A stretch of DNA of 64,000 nt. It comes from Faecousia sp. GTDB taxonomy: Bacteria; Bacillota; Clostridia; Oscillospirales; Oscillospiraceae. The translations under genes were made by a program, and so were the position numbers. Below the pieces are notes generated by a model. That model was not told where the DNA came from. It was given only the letters and a program-made list of their open reading frames with translations, and made no database searches. The stretch lies in the NCBI GenBank assembly GCA_045635065.1, contig JAZRBJ010000018.1, forward strand, positions 676-64,675. Direction: 5' to 3'. Positions 32,543-41,891 of the stretch are shown piece by piece. Position 1 is the stretch's first letter. The number at the start of each line of letters is the position of its first letter.

Positions 32543-32770
32543 AAAAACGCCCTGAGCATACGCTCAGGGCGGAATATACCTATTCCGTGGTACCACCTGA
32601 ATTCCCGAATATCGGGCACTTAAAAGCTATAACGGGCATACCCGTACTTCCTTACTGATTTTTCAGAAAGTCCGCTCCGGGACGACAGCCGGGAACCGCT
32701 TTACATGCTCGCACCAAACGCATGCTCTCTTAAAAGCCGGGAACCTGGCCCTTCCCTTCCACACATTTAC
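32543..32770 (-). promoter_or_regulatory. T-box riboswitch (Val)
   Basis: Minus strand has AGAGAG and GGTGCGA stem I motifs, AGTA-bulge/CCGTTA stem II, T-box AATTCAGGTGGTACCACGG and terminator CGCCCTGAGC..GCTCAGGGCG-TTTTTT. Probable GTC specifier; TTGACA promoter upstream. Confidence 0.93.
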
Positions 32771-32833
32771 CAGTTAAAGTTACCATATTTTTACCGCTGT
32801 GTCAATAACCTTTGGAAAAGTGACAAGGAATTC

Positions 32834-32862
32834 TTGACGAAAATGGAGAATTGAAATATAAT
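32834..32862 (+). promoter_or_regulatory. Sigma-A promoter for the glycosyltransferase
   Basis: TTGACG-17 bp-TATAAT. Confidence 0.8.
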
Positions 32863-32894
32863 GCGTCTATAATCAATAAGGTGAGATGATAAAC

Positions 32895-33830
32895 ATGAGA
32901 TTATCCCTGGTTGTCCCCTGTTATAATGAAGCAGAAAATGTTGCCGCATTTCAAAACGCTGTAATCGAAGCCTTTTATGGTTGCGGTTACGACTATGAAA
33001 TTATCTTTGTAGATGATGGCAGCGCAGATGCTACCATGCACAATCTTCGTAAGCTGCATAAAGCCCAAGTATGTCCGGTTAAGGTTATCAGCTTCTCCAG
33101 AAACTTTGGTAAGGAAGCCGCTATTTACGCAGGCATGTCTAAAGCATCCGGTGATTATATCTCTTTAATTGATGCTGATTTACAGCAGCGACCGGAGATT
33201 GTTAGAGATATGGTGAAAATTCTGGATGAACAGCCGGAATATGATGTAGTTGCGGCATACCAGGACCGCCGGGGTGAGAGCAAGCTGCTGTCATTTTTTA
33301 AAAAATCCTTTTACAAGCTGATTAACAAGCTTTCTGACATTAACCTAAAGTCCGATGCCAGCGATTTTCGTACCTTTCGCCGCAGCGTAGCAGAAAGCAT
33401 TCTTGCGCTGGGGGAATATCACAGATTTTCCAAGGGCATTTTTGCATGGGTAGGATTTCATACCTGCTTTATACCTTATACTGCATGTAAACGAATTGCA
33501 GGTAAAAGCAAATGGAGCTTCCGCAAGCTGTTTAACTATGCCATTGAGGGTATTATCGGTCACACCACAAAGCCCTTGCGCATGGCAACCTTTTTAGGCG
33601 GTTTAACTGCCTGTGCTGCCATGGCTTATCTTGTGTATGTTGTATTGGAAAAGCTTATTACAGGCATTGACATTCCCGGTTATGCAACCATTATTGTTTT
33701 AATTCTGTTTTTAGGCAGTATTCAACTGTTCTGTATTGGTATTATTGGAGAATATGTGGGTCGAACCTTTGAACAATGCAAAAACAGGCCCGTATTTATT
33801 GCCAAAGAATTTCTGGATAGTGAGCAATAA
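32895..33830 (+). CDS. GT2 polyprenol-phosphate glycosyltransferase (GtrB/YkcC-like)
   Basis: VPCYNE, VDDGS, FSRNFGKEAA, DADLQ and two C-terminal TMs. Confidence 0.92.
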   Translation: MRLSLVVPCYNEAENVAAFQNAVIEAFYGCGYDYEIIFVDDGSADATMHNLRKLHKAQVCPVKVISFSRNFGKEAAIYAGMSKASGDYISLIDADLQQRPEIVRDMVKILDEQPEYDVVAAYQDRRGESKLLSFFKKSFYKLINKLSDINLKSDASDFRTFRRSVAESILALGEYHRFSKGIFAWVGFHTCFIPYTACKRIAGKSKWSFRKLFNYAIEGIIGHTTKPLRMATFLGGLTACAAMAYLVYVVLEKLITGIDIPGYATIIVLILFLGSIQLFCIGIIGEYVGRTFEQCKNRPVFIAKEFLDSEQ

Positions 33831-33832
33831 GC

Positions 33833-33863
33833 AAACGGCTTCGGTTCAATTACCGAAGCCGTT
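33833..33863. terminator. Terminator between convergent genes
   Basis: AACGGCTTCGGT...ACCGAAGCCGTT. Confidence 0.8.
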
Positions 33864-33880
33864 GTCTATTTGCAATGAAA

Positions 33881-35341
33881 TTATTTCGTTCTTCTGCGGT
33901 CACGCATTCTGCGTTTATGTTTGGCATTCATTGCCCCAAAGCGGAAAGATCTGACGATATGAAGAACACCCGCAGTTCCGATTATCAACGCAACAATGAT
34001 CAGAAGGACCTGAAGGATTTGTGACAAGCCGCCACCTTGCTGTTGAGAATTTTGCTGATCTGAATTCTGCAGACGAACACTTCCATTCATGGCAATAACC
34101 GGAGATGTGGCAACGCAAACATTTCCATACCAGATCTGAACATAGTTGATCAGATCACCTTTCTTAACAGGCGCTTCAAAGGCAGAATAATTGTTTTGAT
34201 ACCGAATGGATAAGGTTTTAAAATCCGTACCCTTCGGCAAAATGGTGGATACTGTATTTTGTACACCTGCAGCAACCACATTCGAGCCGTTGCTTACCGG
34301 ATATTGGGTCAATATTTGACCTTCTGCCAGAACCTGGGTCACCGCGTTGTTTTCGAAGCCAAGCTCCAAAAGTTCCCTTGTTTCTTCATAGCTGCCAAAA
34401 CTAACAGGCGTCACCCCATCTTTTTCAAAAACAGGAACAGCCCCAAGCACAACAGAAATCAAAGAAAGCTCCCCGTTGTCTGCGGTAACAGCCAGGCAGC
34501 GTTTTCTGTCCTCGGTAACACCGGTTCTGCCGCCTGTAACATACTTGTAGTAATATTGGGGCGTGGCAGGAGTCAGCATAAGATTTGAAGTCTCCATCCT
34601 GCGCTCTTCCGTAACATTTGAGGCGGGAAGTGTAAAGGCCTTGGTTCCCATGCAGGTCATGAATGCTTCAATGGTAGATGCATGGCGCAAAATTTTGGCA
34701 ATATCACGGGCTGTGGTAATCTGGGCATCATCGTGAAGCCCGTGGGCATTAACGAAATTGGTATTTTGGCATCCCAATTCCTTCGCCCGCTGATTCATAA
34801 GCGCCACAAAGCTTTCCTGAGAACCGGCAATGTGGTTAGCAATGGCAAGGGCGGAATCATTTTCGGAGCCAACAAGCAAACAATAGATCAGCTGTTCAAG
34901 GGTGATGATCTGCCCTTCCTTCAGCTTCGGCATGATCTGATCGGCTTTTGCAGCTTCGGTAATGGTTGCGGTAATGGTAATTTCATCGGAAAGATTACCT
35001 TTTTCAAAGGCAATCAGAGCAGTCATTGCCTTTACCAGGCTGGCAGGATACATGGGCATGTCCGCATTCCAGGAATACAGTACCGTGTCACTATTGACCT
35101 CATACAAAAAAGCAGCCGCTGCGGTTTCCAAATACTTACCGTTACCCATAAGAGGCATCATGCCGTCGATGGTGTGGCAGCCGTAAGCAACGGAAACATC
35201 GGATGCATTGTTCAAAAATTCTCCCTGGTGCGAGGTTGTAGCCTCCGGCTCAGTAGCCTGGGTAGCGCCGGCGACAAAGGGTAAAACCTGGATTAGTATT
35301 AAAAAACAAGCAATAACAGAAAAAATTCCTGTTTTTTTCAT
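33881..35341 (-). CDS. D-alanyl-D-alanine carboxypeptidase (peptidase S11)
   Basis: Signal peptide, PASLVK (SxxK), SEN, NAHGL, GGRTG, PBP5 C-domain and C-terminal TM. Confidence 0.9.
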   Translation of the reverse strand: MKKTGIFSVIACFLILIQVLPFVAGATQATEPEATTSHQGEFLNNASDVSVAYGCHTIDGMMPLMGNGKYLETAAAAFLYEVNSDTVLYSWNADMPMYPASLVKAMTALIAFEKGNLSDEITITATITEAAKADQIMPKLKEGQIITLEQLIYCLLVGSENDSALAIANHIAGSQESFVALMNQRAKELGCQNTNFVNAHGLHDDAQITTARDIAKILRHASTIEAFMTCMGTKAFTLPASNVTEERRMETSNLMLTPATPQYYYKYVTGGRTGVTEDRKRCLAVTADNGELSLISVVLGAVPVFEKDGVTPVSFGSYEETRELLELGFENNAVTQVLAEGQILTQYPVSNGSNVVAAGVQNTVSTILPKGTDFKTLSIRYQNNYSAFEAPVKKGDLINYVQIWYGNVCVATSPVIAMNGSVRLQNSDQQNSQQQGGGLSQILQVLLIIVALIIGTAGVLHIVRSFRFGAMNAKHKRRMRDRRRTK

Positions 35342-35451
35342 AAAACTACCTCAATAAATCTTTATATGACTTGTCCAACAAGGAAATATTGTGTATAATA
35401 AAAACATTATAGCAACAAAAACAATGCTAGTCAATGTTGGAGGCAGATTCT

Positions 35452-35805
35452 GTGAAAAATAAACGCACGATCCTTTTGCTGATTTTCACAGCTGTGATGG
35501 TATGCTTTACGACCGGAATTTTTCTTGGCAGCAAAATTGGTCACACCGGTATTTCCATAACTCCGCTATCAACCCAGTCAAATGACAGCAGCGATCCCAA
35601 TGTGCAGGGAAAGCTGAATATTAACACCGCAACAAAGTTTCAGCTTTGCGAGCTTCCCGGTGTGGGTGAAGTTTTAGCAGATAATATTATCGCTTACAGA
35701 GAAACCCACGGTGCATTTACGGATATTTTTCAACTGAAAAATGTCAAAGGAATCGGTGATAAGCTATTTGCCAATATCTATAAATTGATTACCGTAGGAG
35801 AATAA
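35452..35805 (+). CDS. comEA: ComEA-like membrane-anchored HhH DNA-binding protein
   Basis: N-terminal TM; LNINTAT...LPGVG..LA..II.YRE.HG.F...VKGIG. GTG start after GGAGG. Confidence 0.8.
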   Translation: MKNKRTILLLIFTAVMVCFTTGIFLGSKIGHTGISITPLSTQSNDSSDPNVQGKLNINTATKFQLCELPGVGEVLADNIIAYRETHGAFTDIFQLKNVKGIGDKLFANIYKLITVGE

Positions 35806-35806
35806 T

Positions 35807-36478
35807 ATGAAGATATTAGTTGTTGATGATGAAGATATCCTGGTAAAAGGAATCCGCTTTAATCTGCAAAATGACGGATATGAAGTAATTACAGGCTCCA
35901 ACGGTTTGGAAGCAGTTGCAACAGCACATTCTCAGGAGCCGGATCTCATTATCTTAGATGTTATGATGCCGGAAATGGACGGCCTGACTGCCTGCTCAAA
36001 AATCAGAGAGTTCTCCGATGTTCCCATCATTCTTCTTACCGCCAAGACCGATGACATGGACAAGCTTATTGGATTTGATCACGGAGCAGATGATTATCTG
36101 ACGAAGCCCTTTAACATTCTGGAATTAAAGGCAAGAATCCGCGCTATGCTAAGACGGACAAAGGCCGGTTCCAAATCCAACGAAATCGTCATCGGTAACA
36201 TTCGTCTGGATCCGGACGGAAGAAATGCCTATCGAAACGATACCCTTGTTGACTTAACCGCCAAAGAATTTGATGTTATTGAATTCTTAATGAAAAACTG
36301 CAATAGAGTTTACTCCAGAGAAGCACTTCTGGACACCATCTGGGCCTACGAATACAGAAGTGACATTCGTACTGTTGATGTACATATCCGCCGCCTGCGG
36401 GAAAAGCTGGAGGAAAATCCGGCAGATCCGCAGTATATTATGACAAAGTGGGGCGTTGGCTATTATTTCCGCAAATAA
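35807..36478 (+). CDS. OmpR-family response regulator
   Basis: VDDE, LDVMMP, GADDYLTKPF and winged helix RTVDVHIRRLREK. Confidence 0.96.
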   Translation: MKILVVDDEDILVKGIRFNLQNDGYEVITGSNGLEAVATAHSQEPDLIILDVMMPEMDGLTACSKIREFSDVPIILLTAKTDDMDKLIGFDHGADDYLTKPFNILELKARIRAMLRRTKAGSKSNEIVIGNIRLDPDGRNAYRNDTLVDLTAKEFDVIEFLMKNCNRVYSREALLDTIWAYEYRSDIRTVDVHIRRLREKLEENPADPQYIMTKWGVGYYFRK

Positions 36479-37889
36479 AAATTTAAAGCGATATGGCAAT
36501 ACCCACATTCGGTATTCCATTATTTATGTGGTCATCACATTTTTTGTATTGCTGTTTTTGAATATATACAGCGCAAAAACCAGTCAGAAGCTATTTTATA
36601 ACTCTAAAGAGATTTCCATGCTGGAGAAATGCCTGAACGCATCCGAAGCCATAAGCCAGGCTGATATTTTAAATCCTGCAACTGCAGCCGACACCGTGTC
36701 CGGCATGAAGAATCTATCCGTATCAAGACTTGTAGTCACCGATGTTTACGGAAAAGTAATGCACGACACCGGCGCAGAAATTTATCCCGGCAATTTCCTG
36801 CTGCTTCCTGAAATATTAAATGCATTAAAGGAAAACGATGTGTTTAGCTGGTATTATCACGCAGGCACAATGTATTCCAAAGCTGCAGCGCCGGTTTATA
36901 TAAACGGGCAGCTGGCAGGCTGTGTGTATATCACAGAATCCGATCCGGAGCAGGGTGCATTGATCCAGACATTACAGCGGAATGTTCTTTGGATAACCAT
37001 CATTCTGGAATGTTTTGTGATTGTGTTCTCAATTGTATTTGCTACGGGATTTTCTACCAGAGTACGGAAAATCCTTTCTTCGATCCGCGTCATTCGCAGC
37101 GGCGACTATTCCCATAAAGTCAGCCTGGGCGGCAGTGATGAATTAACCCAGCTTGCCGACGAATTCAACGATCTGACGGAAAAACTTCAGGCATCTGAGG
37201 AGCAAAGAAGGCAATTTGTTTCGGATGCATCCCATGAACTAAAAACACCCCTGGCATCTATCAAGCTTTTGTCAGATTCTATTTTGCAAAATCAGATGGA
37301 TCCTGATACAGTTCGGGAGTTCGTAGAAGATATCGGCGATGAAGCCGAGCGCCTAAACCGTATGTCCACAAAGCTGTTATCCCTTTCCAGGGCAGAATCC
37401 GCGCATGATATTAATTTTGAAATTGTAACTATTTCTCCAACACTTGAGCGTGTAAGCAGGATGCTTTATGCCCTTGCCGAAAAAAACAACATTCAGATTA
37501 TTCAGAAAATCTACCAGGACAGCCCTATTCTGATCCAGGAGGATGATCTGTATCAAATTTTATTTAATCTGGTGGAGAATGGAATTAAATACAATACCGC
37601 CGGGGGAAAACTGACGGTTCAAATCCAAAGAGTGGACGATAATGCTGTTGTACAGGTCATAGACACCGGTGTAGGTATACCGGAAGAATCCGTTCCCCAT
37701 ATTTTTGAAAGATTTTATCGGGTGGACAAAGCCCGTTCCCGAAAATCCGGTGGCAGCGGTCTGGGACTATCCATCGTTAAAGATATGGTACAGCGAAACA
37801 ACGGAACGATCACCGTAGAAAGCGCCCTTGGTAAAGGGACTGCTTTTACCCTTATATTCCCTGTTTTTGATACGGAGGAATTTTTATGA
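36456..37889 (+). CDS. Sensor histidine kinase (HAMP, HisKA, HATPase)
   Basis: Two TMs, SHELKTPL, NGIKY, DTGVG and GSGLGL; start uncertain. Confidence 0.95.
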   Translation: MAIISANKNLKRYGNTHIRYSIIYVVITFFVLLFLNIYSAKTSQKLFYNSKEISMLEKCLNASEAISQADILNPATAADTVSGMKNLSVSRLVVTDVYGKVMHDTGAEIYPGNFLLLPEILNALKENDVFSWYYHAGTMYSKAAAPVYINGQLAGCVYITESDPEQGALIQTLQRNVLWITIILECFVIVFSIVFATGFSTRVRKILSSIRVIRSGDYSHKVSLGGSDELTQLADEFNDLTEKLQASEEQRRQFVSDASHELKTPLASIKLLSDSILQNQMDPDTVREFVEDIGDEAERLNRMSTKLLSLSRAESAHDINFEIVTISPTLERVSRMLYALAEKNNIQIIQKIYQDSPILIQEDDLYQILFNLVENGIKYNTAGGKLTVQIQRVDDNAVVQVIDTGVGIPEESVPHIFERFYRVDKARSRKSGGSGLGLSIVKDMVQRNNGTITVESALGKGTAFTLIFPVFDTEEFL

Positions 37890-38413
37890 AAAAATTATTC
37901 TGTTGCTTTCTTGCTCTCTTTCTTTTTGCCATTAGCGCTTGTTCCAGCAATGGAGCATCAGAGAGTACGCTTGTATTTTACTATCCCAGAAGCAATTATC
38001 AATACAACTCTGAATCCGGCGTTATCAGCTATGAAAAAAAGAATGGGAATCTTCGCCAAAACAGCCTGGAAGAATTTATCTCCCAGTACATGAAAGGGCC
38101 ATCCGATCCCGCCCTTTACTGTCCTCTCTCAAAAGACATTCAGTTACTGGAATTTAAGGAAGATAACACAGGTTTGCACATCACCTTTGATGCCGCTTTG
38201 TCCAAGCTCTCCCCTACCGATCTTTCTCTGGGACTGGCCGCATTTGCCAAGACACTTTACCAAATAACCGACGCAGAAAGCATATGTATTCATGCGGCGG
38301 AAACTCTGCTTGACGGTGAAACAAAAATGGTTTTCAAACGGGATATGATATACCTTTTTGATTCCTTCACCGATCAGATTCCAACAACAGAAACAAGTGG
38401 TGAAACGCAATGA
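37886..38413 (+). CDS. Lipoprotein, GerMN-like
   Basis: Lipobox-like ISAC; YMKGP...P, A.AKTL.Q motifs resembling GerMN; ATGA overlap with the kinase. Confidence 0.6.
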   Translation: MKKLFCCFLALFLFAISACSSNGASESTLVFYYPRSNYQYNSESGVISYEKKNGNLRQNSLEEFISQYMKGPSDPALYCPLSKDIQLLEFKEDNTGLHITFDAALSKLSPTDLSLGLAAFAKTLYQITDAESICIHAAETLLDGETKMVFKRDMIYLFDSFTDQIPTTETSGETQ

Positions 38414-39165
38414 AATTTGTATCATGGAATGTAAACGGCCTAAGGGCTTGTATGCAAAAAGGCTTTATGGACTTTTTTGCACAAGCCGATGCAGACGCAT
38501 TTTGTCTGCAAGAAACCAAACTGCAGGAAGGGCAAATCGATATGCAGCTTCCCGGATATAAGCAGTATTGGTGCTACGCCGAAAAAAAAGGTTATTCCGG
38601 CACTGCCATCTTTTCAAAGATACCTCCTCTTTCCGTAACCTACGGCTTGAATAAACCCGCACTGGATAATGAAGGTCGATTGATCACCCTGGAATATGAA
38701 GCCTGTTATCTGGTCACCTGCTACACCCCTAATGCGCAGCGGGAGCTGGCCAGAATTGATCACCGTCTGCTTTGGGACAAGGCATTCCGTGATTATGTCA
38801 GTACGCTGGATCAGAAAAAGCCGGTAATCATTTGCGGTGATCTGAATGTTGCCCATAACGAAATCGACTTAAAAAATCCTGCCTCCAACCATGGGAATGC
38901 CGGTTTCTCCGATGAAGAACGGGAAAGCTTTTCCGCTTTACTTGACTGCGGATTTACAGACTCCTTCCGTCACCTGCACCCTGACAAGGAGGGTGCTTAT
39001 ACTTGGTGGAGCTATATGTTCAAATCCAGAGAACGAAACACCGGCTGGCGAATTGACTATTTTCTTGTATCCAACCGACTGTCCGGCAAGATTACCGCGG
39101 CTCCCATTTACAATGAAGTTTTAGGCTCTGATCATTGCCCTGTGGGTATTACTCTGGAGTTATAA
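38410..39165 (+). CDS. exoA: Exodeoxyribonuclease III / AP endonuclease
   Basis: SWNVNGLRA, LQETK, GDLNVAH, WRIDY and SDHCP. Confidence 0.95.
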   Translation: MKFVSWNVNGLRACMQKGFMDFFAQADADAFCLQETKLQEGQIDMQLPGYKQYWCYAEKKGYSGTAIFSKIPPLSVTYGLNKPALDNEGRLITLEYEACYLVTCYTPNAQRELARIDHRLLWDKAFRDYVSTLDQKKPVIICGDLNVAHNEIDLKNPASNHGNAGFSDEERESFSALLDCGFTDSFRHLHPDKEGAYTWWSYMFKSRERNTGWRIDYFLVSNRLSGKITAAPIYNEVLGSDHCPVGITLEL

Positions 39166-39532
39166 TATGCAGACCCGGAATTCCCTCTTTCACGCAATAC
39201 ACGGCATTGCTGATTAGTGGTAGTATCTCGCAGGCATTTTCTTTCGATATTTCATACCATCGACCGTTCTCTTCCTGCTGTGTAATTTGAAAAGAAGGAA
39301 TTCCTTCTCCCAGGTATTTGACAGGGATTCTGGTTCTAAGTTCCAGGCAATCCTTACCGGGAACACAAATACCCAAATCAAGCCGGTTATCTGCGCAGAT
39401 AATTTCAATTCTATGATGTATTTCCGGTTTCATCATGCATACACAATGCACCATGTAATACATGCCGCACTTTGTTATCTCTGCATGTCCAACCCTTTGA
39501 TTTTTAAATATTACCGGATATTTTCCAACCAT
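39149..39532 (-). CDS. Hypothetical protein
   Basis: 127-aa ORF with a GGGGG RBS just downstream of mazF. Confidence 0.65.
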   Translation of the reverse strand: MVGKYPVIFKNQRVGHAEITKCGMYYMVHCVCMMKPEIHHRIEIICADNRLDLGICVPGKDCLELRTRIPVKYLGEGIPSFQITQQEENGRWYEISKENACEILPLISNAVYCVKEGIPGLHIITPE

Positions 39533-39576
39533 AAAATCCCCCCTACCGCACAGTATGCGGCAGAGGGGATTTTCAT

Positions 39577-39942
39577 TCATTCCATTCTTCCGTCCTGTAA
39601 ACCAAAGCTAATGGCAATGGCATCATCCACCAGGGACATTTGTTTATCGTCCAGTTTTCCCATATGCTCCCTAAGCCTTCTTTTATCAATGGTTCTGATC
39701 TGCTCAAGCAATATAACAGAATCCTTACTAAGACCAACACTGCCACCGGCAATGTTAATATGCGTTGGAAGTCTGGCTTTCCCTGTTTGGCTGGTAATTG
39801 CCGCTGCAATAACTGTTGGTGAGTGACGATTCCCCGTGTCGTTTTGAACAATCAGAACCGGCCTTGTGCCGCCCTGTTCACTTCCCACTACAGGAGAAAG
39901 ATCCGCATAGAAGATATCGCCACGTCTTACCGTGCTATCCAT
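39577..39942 (-). CDS. mazF: MazF/PemK-family endoribonuclease (EndoA/NdoA type)
   Basis: [42 protein letters not shown] and [10 protein letters not shown]. Confidence 0.95.
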   Translation of the reverse strand: MDSTVRRGDIFYADLSPVVGSEQGGTRPVLIVQNDTGNRHSPTVIAAAITSQTGKARLPTHINIAGGSVGLSKDSVILLEQIRTIDKRRLREHMGKLDDKQMSLVDDAIAISFGLQDGRME

Positions 39943-40079
39943 GTGCCTCACACTCCGATGTATCATTGCCAGCGCTACCGTTTTCCTTATGTAACGCGGC
40001 TGACCATATTGTCCCACGATTACTAAGAAAATATACGGATTTACTTGCAATTTATCCTATGCGTGAAGCAGAAAAAAAG

Positions 40080-40640
40080 CTACAGGATAACAAAATTATC
40101 TACATTCACAGTCAGAATCCGACGACCCTGCCATAAAATTTCCACATAATAAGGAGCATTCTGTTCATTCAGCCATAAATCCAGCTGCAAGGCATCTTCT
40201 TCATAGGTATCATCGATGGTCACTCTAAGCCCATGATCGTCCATACCGCAGGAGGACAGATATCCACCCAGAAGTGTCTTAACAATCAGCCACGGGGCGC
40301 TGACCGGAGAGAGCTCTCCGTCCGCAAGCTTAGGGAAAGTAAGCACGATATCATCGAATGTCAATTCACCGCCCTGAGCATTGAAACTGCCTTTGATTCC
40401 CTCAATGGATTTTGGTTCCACAACCGTAAAGGAAAGATCGTCGTTTTTATCTACAATACAATCCATTGTAAAATCGTATATCTTATCTCCATAATCTGCG
40501 GTTATCTGCGCTGTGAAGCTGCATTTTTCGCAGGAAAGCATCTTTTCCCGTAATGCTGTGACCCGATCTAAATTGGCTTCTCTTCTTCCGCAACCGCACA
40601 GAAAAACGAAGGCCATGCAAAATGCAAGAACTCTTTTCAA
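40080..40640 (-). CDS. Lipoprotein, LolA-like (YdcC/GerS-like position)
   Basis: Lipobox LCGC, beta-rich body, located between nnrD and mazF. Confidence 0.6.
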   Translation of the reverse strand: MKRVLAFCMAFVFLCGCGRREANLDRVTALREKMLSCEKCSFTAQITADYGDKIYDFTMDCIVDKNDDLSFTVVEPKSIEGIKGSFNAQGGELTFDDIVLTFPKLADGELSPVSAPWLIVKTLLGGYLSSCGMDDHGLRVTIDDTYEEDALQLDLWLNEQNAPYYVEILWQGRRILTVNVDNFVIL

Positions 40641-40651
40641 TATACCACGCC

Positions 40652-41500
40652 CTATTTTAAAAGTCGTGGAATCACCTTCAGCAAATCAGAGGGAATCATA
40701 CCGTATTGCCCTATCTCCCCGGCGCAAATATCTGCTGCCGCGCCATGAAGCCAAACACCGCAGGCAGCAGCCACCGGGGGGGATAACTTCTGTCCCAGGA
40801 GACTGACGATCATGCCGGCAAGCACATCGCCACTGCCGCCGGTGGCTAATCCGGGATTGCCGGTATGGTTTTGATAAAGGATATTCCCATCCGTGATAAT
40901 GGTATGGTGACCTTTCAGCACCACAATAACACCTAAATCATTCGCCAGATCACAAACATGCGAATTATCGACCTTTTTACCATCACTGCAAAAACGAATA
41001 TATTCGCCCATATGAGGTGTCATGACGGTAGGCGCTGATCTTCCACGCAAAATATCCTTATGCCCATGCAAAACATTTATTCCATCTGCATCCAAAACAA
41101 CCGGACCGTTAAAATGCTCCAGAATATATTTTACAACCTGAAACACTCCGTCACTTTGCCCCAGGCCGCAACCAATCAATATCGCATCCATCTGATCCAA
41201 TTTTTCTTTTATAGGTTCAATGGCTGCTGCCGAAAGCTTACCGTCCTCACCGGGAAGCGGAAACACAATGGGCTCAGTTAACTTCACAGCTTCGATGTCA
41301 TATATTTCTCCCGGAACACCCAAATACACCAAACCCGCTCCGCAGCGAAGTGCGCCCATCGCTGCCAAAGCTGCAGCGCCGGTAAAGCCCACACTTCCAC
41401 AAAGCAGCAAAATTTTACCATAATTCCCCTTATGGGAATCCGGCAAACGATCTGGCAAATAATGCATGACCGTCTGATGATCCAGCCTCAACATATCCAT
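40652..41500 (-). CDS. nnrD: ADP-dependent NAD(P)H-hydrate dehydratase
   Basis: SHKGNYG, GAGLV, DADG, TPHMGE and GGSGDVLAG. Confidence 0.93.
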   Translation of the reverse strand: MDMLRLDHQTVMHYLPDRLPDSHKGNYGKILLLCGSVGFTGAAALAAMGALRCGAGLVYLGVPGEIYDIEAVKLTEPIVFPLPGEDGKLSAAAIEPIKEKLDQMDAILIGCGLGQSDGVFQVVKYILEHFNGPVVLDADGINVLHGHKDILRGRSAPTVMTPHMGEYIRFCSDGKKVDNSHVCDLANDLGVIVVLKGHHTIITDGNILYQNHTGNPGLATGGSGDVLAGMIVSLLGQKLSPPVAAACGVWLHGAAADICAGEIGQYGMIPSDLLKVIPRLLK

Positions 41501-41611
41501 TTTTACGCCTCCTTGTAAATTCAAAATAACATATTGAACCAATCCAGTCAAGAATAGGAAAATATACTTGCATTTTAAAAGGGAATGTGATATGATTCTA
41601 TACGATATGTA

Positions 41612-41867
41612 AAGGCGTTGATTGGGTTGCCTTGCGCTGAATATGCGTTTGAAGCGAGAGCGGGACGGTGTGAGCCGCTTAGCGTACAGTCCGGGCCTTC
41701 CCCCAGGAGCCGCTACCTGAACATTGCAGTAGGGTCAGCCGGGTTGTTCCGTTAAAGACATACGGTGTGTTTGCACCGAAAAGCTGCGTCAAGTATGGCG
41801 AATTGCGGGTGGTACCGCGGAGGAAATGTCCTTCGTCCCGATTGTGGGATGAGGGGCTTTATTTTTT
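41612..41867 (+). promoter_or_regulatory. T-box riboswitch (Phe)
   Basis: GCGAGAG/GGTGTGA stem I, TTC specifier (GGGCCTTCCCCC), AGTA/CCGTTA stem II, T-box TGCGGGTGGTACCGCGG and terminator with U-tract; TTGCAT-17-TATGAT promoter upstream. Confidence 0.93.
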
Positions 41868-41891
41868 AATTACCCGAGAGGAGACTATAGT

